In this document: piece by piece, positions 1 through 12,580 of the stretch
Layout: every line of letters starts with the position of its first letter
Position numbering within the stretch: position 1 is the first letter of the stretch
Source of the DNA: the human T2T-CHM13v2.0 reference genome, Homo sapiens
DNA: 64,000 nucleotides
Assembly (NCBI RefSeq): GCF_009914755.1
Contig: NC_060931.1
Direction: 5' to 3' (one strand)
The notes under the pieces: generated by a model
Databases searched by the model: none
Told to the model about the DNA's origin: nothing
Seen by the model: the letters and a program-made list of their open reading frames with translations, nothing else
Position numbers and translations under genes: made by a program

Positions 1-213
1 TTTTGCGGAATTTGCAAGTGGAGATTTCTAGCCATTTGATGCCAACAGTAGAAAGGGAAATATCTTCAAATAAAAACCAGACAGAATCATTCTCAGAAAA
101 TTCTTTGTGATGTGTGCGTTCAACTCACATAGTTTAACCTTTCTTTTCATAGAGCAGTTTGGAAACACTCTGTTTGTAAAGTCTGCAAGTGGATATATGG
201 ACCGCATTGAGGC

Positions 214-230
214 CTTCGTTGGAAACGGGA
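214..230 (+). promoter_or_regulatory. CENP-B box 1 of the HOR (canonical), recurring every 1022 bp
   Basis: CTTCGTTGGAAACGGGA, an exact match to the 17-bp consensus. Confidence 0.97.
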
Positions 231-553
231 TTTCTTCATTTCATGCTAGACAGAAGAATTCTCAGTAACTTCTTTGTGCTGTGTGTATTCAACTCACAGA
301 GTGGAACGTCCCTTTACACAGAGCAGATTTGATACACTCTTTTTGTGGAGTTTGCAAGTGGAGATTTCAAGCGATTTGATGCCAACAGTAGAAAAGGAAA
401 TATCTTCAAATAAAAACTAGACAGAATCATTCTCAGAAACTACTTTGTGATGTGTGCCTTCAACTCACAGAGTTTAACCTTTCTTTTCTTAGAGCAGTTT
501 AGAAACACTCTGCTTGTTATGACTGCAAGTGGATATTTGGACCTCTTTGAGGC

Positions 554-570
554 CTTCGTTGCAAACGGGG
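554..570 (+). promoter_or_regulatory. CENP-B box 2 of the HOR (variant, core intact), recurring every 1022 bp
   Basis: CTTCGTTGCAAACGGGG retains all 9 core bases of NTTCGNNNNANNCGGGN. Confidence 0.9.
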
Positions 571-895
571 TTTCTTCCTTTCATGCTAGACTAAGAAGAG
601 TTCTCAGTAACTTTTTTGTGTTGTGTGTATTAAACTCACAGAGTTGAACCTTGCTTTAGAGAGAGCAGATTTGAAACACTCTTGCTGTGGCATTTTCAGG
701 TGGAGATTTCAAGCGATTTGAGGACAATTGCAGAAAAGGAAATATCTTCGTATAATAACCAGACAGAATCATTCTCAGAAAGTGCTTTGTGATGTGTGCG
801 TTCAACTCACAGAGTTTAACCTTTCTTTTCATAGAGGAGTTTGGAAACACACTGTTTGTAAGGACTGCAAGTGGATATATGGACCTGTTTGAGGC

Positions 896-912
896 CTTCG
901 TTGGAAACGGGA
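896..912 (+). promoter_or_regulatory. CENP-B box 3 of the HOR (canonical), recurring every 1022 bp
   Basis: CTTCGTTGGAAACGGGA; box spacing is 340/342/340 bp. Confidence 0.97.
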
Positions 913-2257
913 TTTCTTCATTGAATGCTAGACGGAAGAATTCTCAGTAAATTCTTTGTGTTGTGTGCATTCAACTCACAGAGTGGAACGTCCCTTTAGA
1001 CACAGCAGATTTGAAACACTCTTTTTGCGGAATTTGCAAGTGGAGATTTCTAGCCATTTGATGCCAACAGTAGAAAGGGAAATATCTTCAAATAAAAACC
1101 AGACAGAATCATTCTCAGCAAATTCTTTGTGATGTGTGCGTTCAACTCACATAGTTTAACCTTTCTTTTCATAGAGCAGTTTGGAAACACTCTGTTTGTA
1201 AAGTCTGCAAGTGGATATATGGACCGCATTGAGGCCTTCGTTGGAAACGGGATTTCTTCATTTCATGCTAGACAGAAGAATTCTCAGTAACTTCTTTGTG
1301 CTGTGTGTATTCAACTCACAGAGTGGAACGTCCCTTTCCACAGAGCAGATTTGAAACACTCTTTTTGTGGAGTTTGCAAGTGGAGATTTCAACCGATTTG
1401 ATGCCAACAGTAGAAAAGGAAATATCTTCAAATAAAAACTAGACAGAATCATTCTCAGAAACTACTTTGTGATGTGTGCCTTCAACTCACAGAGTTCAAC
1501 CTTTCTTTTCTTAGAGCAGTTTAGAAACACTCTGCTTGTTATGTCTGCAAGTGGATATTTGGACCTCTTTGAGGCCTTCGTTGCAAACGGGGTTTCTTCC
1601 TTTCATGCTAGACTAAGAAGAGTTCTCAGTAACTTTTTTGTGTTGTGTGTATTCAACTCACAGAGTTGAACCTTGCTTTAGAGAGAGCAGATTTGAAACA
1701 CTCTTGCTGTGGCATTTTCAGGTGGAGATTTCAAGCGATTTGAGGACAATTGCAGAAAAGGAAATATCTTCGTATAATAACCAGACAGAATCATTCTCAG
1801 AAAGTGCTTTGTGATGTGTGCGTTCAACTCACAGAGTTTAACCTTTCTTTTCATAGAGGAGTTTGGAAACACACTGTTTGTAAAGTCTGCAAGTGGATAC
1901 ATGGACCTGTTTGAGGCCTTCGTTGGAAACGGGATTTCTTCATTGAATGCTAGACGGAAGAATTCTCAGTAAATTCTTTGTGTTGTGTGCATTCAACTCA
2001 CAGAGTGGAACGTCCCTTTAGACAGAGCAGATTTGAAACACTCTTTTTGCGGAATTTGCAAGTGGAGATTTCTAGCCATTTGATGCCAACAGTAGAAAGG
2101 GAAATATCTTCAAATAAAAACCAGACAGAATCATTCTGAGAAAATTCTTTGTGATGTGTGCGTTCAACTCACATAGTTTAACCTTTCTTTTCATAGAGCA
2201 GTTTGGAAACACTCTGTTTGTAAAGTCTGCAAGTGGATATATGGACCGCATTGAGGC

Positions 2258-2274
2258 CTTCGTTGGAAACAGGA
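2258..2274 (+). promoter_or_regulatory. Core-mutated CENP-B box (also at 18610, 24742, 29852, 42116, 45182)
   Basis: CTTCGTTGGAAACAGGA: G>A in the core CGGG at 2271, 18623, 24755, 29865, 42129 and 45195. Confidence 0.9.
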
Positions 2275-5200
2275 TTTCTTCATTTCATGCTAGACAGAAG
2301 AATTCTCAGTAACTTCTTTGTGCTGTGTGTATTCAACTCACAGAGTGGAACGTCCCTTTGCACAGAGCAGATTTGAAACACTCTTTTTGTGGAGTTTGCA
2401 AGTGGAGATTTCAAGCGATTTGATGCCAACAGTAGAAAAGGAAATATCTTCAAATAAAAACTAGACAGAATCATTCTCAGAAACTACTTTGTGATGTGTG
2501 CCTTCAACTCACAGAGTTTAACCTTTCTTTTCTTAGAGCAGTTTAGAAACACTCTGCTTGTTATGTCTGCAAGTGGATATTTGGACCTCTTTGAGGCCTT
2601 CGTTGCAAACGGGGTTTCTTCCTTTCATGCTAGACTAAGAAGAGTTCTCAGTAACTTTTTTGTGTTGTGTGTATTCAACTCACAGAGTTGAACCTTGCTT
2701 TAGAGAGAGCAGATTTGAAACACTCTTGCTGTGGCATTTTCAGGTGGAGATTTCAAGCGATTTGAGGACAATTGCAGAAAAGGAAATATCTTCGTATAAT
2801 AACCAGACAGAATCATTCTCAGAAAGTGCTTTGTGATGTGTGCGTTCAACTCACAGAGTTTAACCTTTCTTTTCATAGAGGAGTTTGGAAACACACTGTT
2901 TGTAAAGTCTGCAAGTGGATACATGGACCTGTTTGAGGCCTTCGTTGGAAACGGGATTTCTTCATTGAATGCTAGACGGAAGAATTCTCAGTAAATTCTT
3001 TGTGTTGTGTGCATTCAACTCACAGAGTGGAACGTCCCTTTAGACAGAGCAGATTTGAAACACTCTTTTTGCGGAATTTGCAAGTGGAGATTTCTAGCCA
3101 TTTGATGCCAACAGTAGAAAGGGAAATATCTTCAAATAAAAACCAGACAGAATCATTCTCAGAAAATTCTTTGTGATGTGTGCGTTCAACTCACATAGTT
3201 TAACCTTTCTTTTCATAGAGCAGTTTGGAAACACTCTGTTTGTAAAGTCTGCAAGTGGATATATGGACCGCATTGAGGCCTTCGTTGGAAACGGGATTTC
3301 TTCATTTCATGCTAGACAGAAGAATTCTCAGTAACTTCTTTGTGCTGTGTGTATTCAACTCACAGAGTGCAACGTCCCTTTGCAGAGAGCAGATTTGAAA
3401 CACTCTTTTTGTGGAGTTTGCAAGTGGAGATTTCAAGCGATTTGATGCCAACAGTAGAAAAGGAAATATCTTCAAATAAAAACTAGACAGAATCATTCTC
3501 AGAAACTACTTTGTGATGTGTGCCTTCAACTCACAGAGTTTAACCTTTCTTTTCTTAGAGCAGTTTAGAAACACTCTGCTTGTTACGTCTGCAAGTGGAT
3601 ATTTGGACCTCTTTGAGGCCTTCGTTGCAAACGGGGTTTCTTCCTTTCATGCTAGACTAAGAAGAGTTCTCAGTAACTTTTTTGTGTTGTGTGTATTCAA
3701 CTCACAGAGTTGAACCTTGCTTTAGAGAGAGCAGATTTGAAACACTCTTGCTGTGGCATTTTCAGGTGGAGATTTCAAGCGATTTGAGGACAATTGCAGA
3801 AAAGGAAATATCTTCGTATAATAACCAGACAGAATCATTCTCAGAAAGTGCTTTGTGATGTGTGCGTTCAACTCACAGAGTTTAACCTTTCTTTTCATAG
3901 AGGAGTTTGGAAACACACTGTTTGTAAAGTCTGCAAGTGGATATATGGACCTGTTTGAGGCCTTCGTTGGAAACGGGATTTCTTCATTGAATGCTAGACG
4001 GAAGAATTCTCAGTAAATTCTTTGTGTTGTGTGCATTCAACTCACAGAGTGGAACGTCCCTTTAGACAGAGCAGATTTGAAACACTCTTTTTGTGGAATT
4101 TGCAAGTGGAGATTTCTAGCCATTTGATGCCAACAGTAGAAAGGGAAATATCTTCAAATAAAAACCAGACAGAATCATTCTCAGAAAATTCTTTGTGATG
4201 TGTGCGTTCAACTCACATAGTTTAACCTTTCTTTTCATAGAGCAGTTTGGAAACACTCTGTTTGTAAAGTCTGCAAGTGGATATATGGACCGCATTGAGG
4301 CCTTCGTTGGAAACGGGATTTCTTCATTTCATGCTAGACAGAAGAATTCTCAGTAACTTCTTTGTGCTGTGTGTATTCAACTCACAGAGTGGAACGTCCC
4401 TTTACACAGAGCAGATTTGAAACACTCTTTTTGTGGAGTTTGCAAGTGGAGATTTCAAGCGATTTGATGCCAACAGTAGAAAAGGAAATATCTTCAAATA
4501 AAAACTAGACAGAATCATTCTCAGAAACTACTTTGTGATGTGTGCCTTCAACTCACAGAGTTTAACCTTTCTTTTCTTAGAGCAGTTTAGAAACACTCTG
4601 CTTGTTATGTCTGCAAGTGGATATTTGGACCTCTTTGAGGCCTTCGTTGCAAACGGGGTTTCTTCCTTTCATGCTAGACTAAGAAGAGTTCTCAGTAACT
4701 TTTTTGTGTTGTGTGTATTCAACTCACAGAGTTGAACCTTGCTTTAGAGAGAGCAGATTTGAAACACTCTTGCTGTGGCATTTTCAGGTGGAGATTTCAA
4801 GCGATTTGAGGACAATTGCAGAAAAGGAAATATCTTCGTATAATAACCAGACAGAATCATTCTCAGAAAGTGCTTTGTGATGTGTGCGTTCAACTCACAG
4901 AGTTTAACCTTTCTTTTCATAGAGGAGTTTGGAAACACACTGTTTGTAAGGACTGCAAGTGGATATATGGACCTGTTTGAGGCCTTCGTTGGAAACGGGA
5001 TTTCTTCATTGAATGCTAGACGGAAGAATTCTCAGTAAATTCTTTGTGTTGTGTGCATTCAACTCACAGAGTGGAACGTCCCTTTAGACAGAGCAGATTT
5101 GAAACACTCTTTTTGCGGAATTTGCAAGTGGAGATTTCTAGCCATTTGATGCCAACAGTAGAAAGGGAAATATCTTCAAATAAAAACCAGACAGAATCAT

Positions 5201-8200
5201 TCTCAGAAAATTCTTTGTGATGTGTGCGTTCAACTCACATAGTTTAACCTTTCTTTTCATAGAGCAGTTTGGAAACACTCTGTTTGTAAAGTCTGCAAGT
5301 GGATATATGGACCGCATTGAGGCCTTCGTTGGAAACGGGATTTCTTCATTTCATGCTAGACAGAAGAATTCTCAGTAACTTCTTTGTGCTGTGTGTATTC
5401 AACTCACAGAGTGGAACGTCCCTTTGCACAGAGCAGATTTGAAACACTCTTTTTGTGGAGTTTGCAAGTGGAGATTTCAAGCGATTTGATGCCAACAGTA
5501 GAAAAGGAAATATCTTCAAATAAAAACTAGACAGAATCATTCTCAGAAACTACTTTGTGATGTGTGCCTTCAACTCACAGAGTTTAACCTTTCTTTTCTT
5601 AGAGCAGTTTAGAAACACTCTGCTTGTTATGTCTGCAAGTGGATATTTGGACCTCTTTGAGGCCTTCGTTGCAAACGGGGTTTCTTCCTTTAATGCTAGA
5701 CTAAGAAGAGTTCTCAGTAACTTTTTTGTGTTGTGTGTATTCAACTCACAGAGTTGAACCTTGCTTTAGAGAGAGCAGATTTGAAACACTCTTGCTGTGG
5801 CATTTTCAGGTGGAGATTTCAAGCGATTTGAGGACAATTGCAGAAAAGGAAATATCTTCGTATAATAACCAGACAGAATCATTCTCAGAAAGTGCTTTGT
5901 GATGTGTGCGTTCAACTCACAGAGTTTAACCTTTCTTTTCATAGAGGAGTTTGGAAACACACTGTTTGTAAAGTCTGCAAGTGGATACATGGACCTGTTT
6001 GAGGCCTTCGTTGGAAACGGGATTTCTTCATTGAATGCTAGACGGAAGAATTCTCAGTAAATTCTTTGTGTTGTGTGCATTCAACTCACAGAGTGGAACG
6101 TCCCTTTAGACAGAGCAGATTTGAAACACTCTTTTTGCGGAATTTGCAAGTGGAGATTTCTAGCCATTTGATGCCAACAGTAGAAAGGGAAATATCTTCA
6201 AATAAAAACCAGACAGAATCATTCTCAGAAAATTCTTTGTGATGTGTGCGTTCAACTCACATAGTTTAACCTTTCTTTTCATAGAGCAGTTTGGAAACAC
6301 TCTGTTTGTAAAGTCTGCAAGTGGATATATGGACCGCATTGAGGCCTTCGTTGGAAACGGGATTTCTTCATTTCATGCTAGACAGAAGAATTCTCAGTAA
6401 CTTCTTTGTGCTGTGTGTATTCAACTCACAGAGTGGAACGTCCCTTTGCACAGAGCAGATTTGAAACACTCTTTTTGTGGAGTTTGCAAGTGGAGATTTC
6501 AAGCGATTTGATGCCAACAGTAGAAAAGGAAATATCTTCAAATAAAAACTAGACAGAATCATTCTCAGAAACTACTTTGTGATGTGTGCCTTCAACTCAC
6601 AGAGTTTAACCTTTCTTTTCTTAGAGCAGTTTAGAAACACTCTGCTTGTTATGTCTGCAAGTGGATATTTGGACCTCTTTGAGGCCTTCGTTGCAAACGG
6701 GGTTTCTTCCTTTCATGCTAGACTAAGAAGAGTTCTCAGTAACTTTTTTGTGTTGTGTGTATTCAACTCACAGAGTTGAACCTTGCTTTAGAGAGAGCAG
6801 ATTTGAAACACTCTTGCTGTGGCATTTTCAGGTGGAGATTTCAAGCGATTTGAGGACAATTGCAGAAAAGGAAATATCTTCGTATAATAACCAGACAGAA
6901 TCATTCTCAGAAAGTGCTTTGTGATGTGTGCGTTCAACTCACAGAGTTTAACCTTTCTTTTCATAGAGGAGTTTGGAAACACACTGTTTGTAAAGTCTGC
7001 AAGTGGATACATGGACCTGTTTGAGGCCTTCGTTGGAAACGGGATTTCTTCATTGAATGCTAGACGGAAGAATTCTCAGTAAATTCTTTGTGTTGTGTGC
7101 ATTCAACTCACAGAGTGGAACGTCCCTTTAGACAGAGCAGATTTGAAACACTCTTTTTGCGGAATTTGCAAGTGGAGATTTCTAGCCATTTGATGCCAAC
7201 AGTAGAAAGGGAAATATCTTCAAATAAAAACCAGACAGAATCATTCTCAGAAAATTCTTTGTGATGTGTGCGTTCAACTCACATAGTTTAACCTTTCTTT
7301 TCATAGAGCAGTTTGGAAACACTCTGTTTGTAAAGTCTGCAAGTGGATATATGGACCGCATTGAGGCCTTCGTTGGAAACGGGATTTCTTCATTTCATGC
7401 TAGACAGAAGAATTCTCAGTAACTTCTTTGTGCTGTGTGTATTCAACTCACAGAGTGGAACGTCCCTTTGCACAGAGCAGATTTGAAACACTCTTTTTGT
7501 GGAGTTTGCAAGTGGAGATTTCAAGCGATTTGATGCCAACAGTAGAAAAGGAAATATCTTCAAATAAAAACTAGACAGAATCATTCTCAGAAACTACTTT
7601 GTGATGTGTGCCTTCAACTCACAGAGTTTAACCTTTCTTTTCTTAGAGCAGTTTAGAAACACTCTGCTTGTTATGTCTGCAAGTGGATATTTGGACCTCT
7701 TTGAGGCCTTCGTTGCAAACGGGGTTTCTTCCTTTCATGCTAGACTAAGAAGAGTTCTCAGTAACTTTTTTGTGTTGTGTGTATTCAACTCACAGAGTTG
7801 AACCTTGCTTTAGAGAGAGCAGATTTGAAACACTCTTGCTGTGGCATTTTCAGGTGGAGATTTCAAGCGATTTGAGGACAATTGCAGAAAAGGAAATATC
7901 TTCGTATAATAACCAGACAGAATCATTCTCAGAAAGTGCTTTGTGATGTGTGCATTCAACTCACAGAGTTTAACCTTTCTTTTCATAGAGGAGTTTGGAA
8001 ACACACTGTTTGTAAAGTCTGCAAGTGGATATATGGACCTGTTTGAGGCCTTCGTTGGAAACGGGATTTCCTCATTGAATGCTTGACGGAAGAATTCTCA
8101 GTAAATTCTTTGTGTTGTGTGCATTCAACTCACAGAGTGGAACGTCCCTTTAGACAGAGCAGATTTGAAACACTCTTTTTGCGGAATTTGCAAGTGGAGA

Positions 8201-11200
8201 TTTCTAGCCATTTGATGCCAACAGTAGAAAGGGAAATATCTTCAAATAAAAACCAGACAGAATCATTCTCAGAAAATTCTTTGTGATGTGTGCGTTCAAC
8301 TCACATAGTTTAACCTTTCTTTTCATAGAGCAGTTTGGAAACACTCTGTTTGTAAAGTCTGCAAGTGGATATATGGACCGCATTGAGGCCTTCGTTGGAA
8401 ACGGGATTTCTTCATTTCATGCTAGACAGAAGAATTCTCAGTAACTTCTTTGTGCTGTGTGTATTCAACTCACAGAGTGGAACGTCCCTTTACACAGAGC
8501 AGATTTGAAACACTCTTTTTGTGGAGTTTGCAAGTGGAGATTTCAAGCGATTTGATGCCAACAGTAGAAAAGGAAATATCTTCAAATAAAAACTAGACAG
8601 AATCATTCTCAGAAACTACTTTGTGATGTGTGCCTTCAACTCACAGAGTTTAACCTTTCTTTTCTTAGAGCAGTTTAGAAACACTCTGCTTGTTATGTCT
8701 GCAAGTGGATATTTGGACCTCTTTGAGGCCTTCGTTGCAAACGGGGTTTCTTCCTTTCATGCTAGACTAAGAAGAGTTCTCAGTAACTTTTTTGTGTTGT
8801 GTGTATTCAACTCACAGAGTTGAACCTTGCTTTAGAGAGAGCAGATTTGAAACACTCTTGCTGTGGCATTTTCAGGTGGAGATTTCAAGCGATTTGAGGA
8901 CAATTGCAGAAAAGGAAATATCTTCGTATAATAACCAGACAGAATCATTCTCAGAAAGTGCTTTGTGATGTGTGCGTTCAACTGACAGAGTTTAACCTTT
9001 CTTTTCATAGAGGAGTTTGGAAACACACTGTTTGTAAGGACTGCAAGTGGATATATGGACCTGTTTGAGGCCTTCGTTGGAAACGGGATTTCTTCATTGA
9101 ATGCTAGACGGAAGAATTCTCAGTAAATTCTTTGTGTTGTGTGCATTCAACTCACAGAGTGGAACGTCCCTTTAGACACAGCAGATTTGAAACACTCTTT
9201 TTGTGGAATTTGCAAGTGGAGATTTCTAGCCATTTGATGCCAACAGTAGAAAGGGAAATATCTTCAAATAAAAACCAGACAGAATCATTCTCAGAAAATT
9301 CTTTGTGATGTGTGCGTTCAACTCACATAGTTTAACCTTTCTTTTCATAGAGCAGTTTGGAAACACTCTGTTTGTAAAGTCTGCAAGTGGATATATGGAC
9401 CGCATTGAGGCCTTCGTTGGAAACGGGATTTCTTCATTTCATGCTAGACAGAAGAATTCTCAGTAACTTCTTTGTGCTGTGTGTATTCAACTCACAGAGT
9501 GGAACGTCCCTTTGCAGAGAGCAGATTTGAAACACTCTTTTTGTGGAGTTTGCAAGTGGAGATTTCAAGCGATTTGATGCCAACAGTAGAAAAGGAAATA
9601 TCTTCAAATAAAAACTAGACAGAATCATTCTCAGAAACTACTTTGTGATGTGTGCCTTCAACTCACAGAGTTCAACCTTTCTTTTCTTAGAGCAGTTTAG
9701 AAACACTCTGCTTGTTATGTCTGCAAGTGGATATTTGGACCTCTTTGAGGCCTTCGTTGCAAACGGGTTTTCTTCCTTTCATGCTAGACTAAGAAGAGTT
9801 CTCAGTAACTTTTTTGTGTTGTGTGTATTCAACTCACAGAGTTGAACCTTGCTTTAGAGAGAGCAGATTTGAAACACTCTTGCTGTGGCATTTTCAGGTG
9901 GAGATTTCAAGCGATTTGAGGACAATTGCAGAAAAGGAAATATCTTCGTATAATAACCAGACAGAATCATTCTCAGAAAGTGCTTTGTGATGTGTGCGTT
10001 CAACTCACAGAGTTTAACCTTTCTTTTCATAGAGGAGTTTGGAAACACACTGTTTGTAAAGTCTGCAAGTGGATATATGGACCTGTTTGAGGCCTTCGTT
10101 GGAAACGGGATTTCTTCATTGAATGCTAGACGGAAGAATTCTCAGTAAATTCTTTGTGTTGTGTGCATTCAACTCACAGAGTGGAACGTCCCTTTAGACA
10201 GAGCAGATTTGAAACACTCTTTTTGCGGAATTTGCAAGTGGAGATTTCTAGCCATTTGATGCCAACAGTAGAAAGGGAAATATCTTCAAATAAAAACCAG
10301 ACAGAATCATTCTCAGAAAATTCTTTGTGATGTGTGCGTTCAACTCACATAGTTTAACCTTTCTTTTCATAGAGCAGTTTGGAAACACTCTGTTTGTAAA
10401 GTCTGCAAGTGGATATATGGACCGCATTGAGGCCTTCGTTGGAAACGGGATTTCTTCATTTCATGCTAGACAGAAGAATTCTCAGTAACTTCTTTGTGCT
10501 GTGTGTATTCAACTCACAGAGTGGAACGTCCCTTTACACAGAGCAGATTTGAAACACTCTTTTTGTGGAGTTTGCAAGTGGAGATTTCAAGCGATTTGAT
10601 GCCAACAGTAGAAAAGGAAATATCTTCAAATAAAAACTAGACAGAATCATTCTCAGAAACTACTTTGTGATGTGTGCCTTCAACTCACAGAGTTTAACCT
10701 TTCTTTTCTTAGAGCAGTTTAGAAACACTCTGCTTGTTATGACTGCAAGTGGATATTTGGACCTCTTTGAGGCCTTCGTTGCAAACGGGGTTTCTTCCTT
10801 TCATGCTAGACTAAGAAGAGTTCTCAGTAACTTTTTTGTGTTGTGTGTATTAAACTCACAGAGTTGAACCTTGCTTTAGAGAGAGCAGATTTGAAACACT
10901 CTTGCTGTGGCATTTTCAGGTGGAGATTTCAAGCGATTTGAGGACAATTGCAGAAAAGGAAATATCTTCGTATAATAACCAGACAGAATCATTCTCAGAA
11001 AGTGCTTTGTGATGTGTGCGTTCAACTCACAGAGTTTAACCTTTCTTTTCATAGAGGAGTTTGGAAACACACTGTTTGTAAGGACTGCAAGTGGATATAT
11101 GGACCTGTTTGAGGCCTTCGTTGGAAACGGGATTTCTTCATTGAATGCTAGACGGAAGAATTCTCAGTAAATTCTTTGTGTTGTGTGCATTCAACTCACA

Positions 11201-12580
11201 GAGTGGAACGTCCCTTTAGACACAGCAGATTTGAAACACTCTTTTTGCGGAATTTGCAAGTGGAGATTTCTAGCCATTTGATGCCAACAGTAGAAAGGGA
11301 AATATCTTCAAATAAAAACCAGACAGAATCATTCTCAGCAAATTCTTTGTGATGTGTGCGTTCAACTCACATAGTTTAACCTTTCTTTTCATAGAGCAGT
11401 TTGGAAACACTCTGTTTGTAAAGTCTGCAAGTGGATATATGGACCGCATTGAGGCCTTCGTTGGAAACGGGATTTCTTCATTTCATGCTAGACAGAAGAA
11501 TTCTCAGTAACTTCTTTGTGCTGTGTGTATTCAACTCACAGAGTGGAACGTCCCTTTCCACAGAGCAGATTTGAAACACTCTTTTTGTGGAGTTTGCAAG
11601 TGGAGATTTCAACCGATTTGATGCCAACAGTAGAAAAGGAAATATCTTCAAATAAAAACTAGACAGAATCATTCTCAGAAACTACTTTGTGATGTGTGCC
11701 TTCAACTCACAGAGTTCAACCTTTCTTTTCTTAGAGCAGTTTAGAAACACTCTGCTTGTTATGTCTGCAAGTGGATATTTGGACCTCTTTGAGGCCTTCG
11801 TTGCAAACGGGGTTTCTTCCTTTCATGCTAGACTAAGAAGAGTTCTCAGTAACTTTTTTGTGTTGTGTGTATTCAACTCACAGAGTTGAACCTTGCTTTA
11901 GAGAGAGCAGATTTGAAACACTCTTGCTGTGGCATTTTCAGGTGGAGATTTCAAGCGATTTGAGGACAATTGCAGAAAAGGAAATATCTTCGTATAATAA
12001 CCAGACAGAATCATTCTCAGAAAGTGCTTTGTGATGTGTGCGTTCAACTCACAGAGTTTAACCTTTCTTTTCATAGAGGAGTTTGGAAACACACTGTTTG
12101 TAAAGTCTGCAAGTGGATACATGGACCTGTTTGAGGCCTTCGTTGGAAACGGGATTTCTTCATTGAATGCTAGACGGAAGAATTCTCAGTAAATTCTTTG
12201 TGTTGTGTGCATTCAACTCACAGAGTGGAACGTCCCTTTAGACAGAGCAGATTTGAAACACTCTTTTTGCGGAATTTGCAAGTGGAGATTTCTAGCCATT
12301 TGATGCCAACAGTAGAAAGGGAAATATCTTCAAATAAAAACCAGACAGAATCATTCTCAGAAAATTCTTTGTGATGTGTGCGTTCAACTCACATAGTTTA
12401 ACCTTTCTTTTCATAGAGCAGTTTGGAAACACTCTGTTTGTAAAGTCTGCAAGTGGATATATGGACCGCATTGAGGCCTTCGTTGGAAACGGGATTTCTT
12501 CATTTCATGCTAGACAGAAGAATTCTCAGTAACTTCTTTGTGCTGTGTGTATTCAACTCACAGAGTGGAACGTCCCTTTA

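Larger units (their letters stand above)
88..1109 (+). repeat. D7Z1: Representative HOR unit; probable D7Z1 / S1C7H1L (human chr7 active array, SF1 dimeric family)
   Basis: Monomer starts at 88, 257, 428, 599, 770, 939 and next 1110 (169,171,171,171,169,171 bp). CENP-B-box monomers alternate with box-less monomers. EcoRI GAATTC occurs at 256 and 938, and the third homologous site is GAGTTC, giving 682+340 bp fragments that match the known tetramer+dimer EcoRI pattern of D7Z1. The chromosome assignment is from recalled knowledge, not an alignment. Confidence 0.85.

Noticed and set aside
409-416. AATAAA hexamers and short palindromes (GAATTC, AGGCCT, CAATTG, AACGT-type dyads)
   Set aside because: These are ordinary parts of the alphoid consensus, and the sequence alone gives no evidence of transcript processing or special structure.
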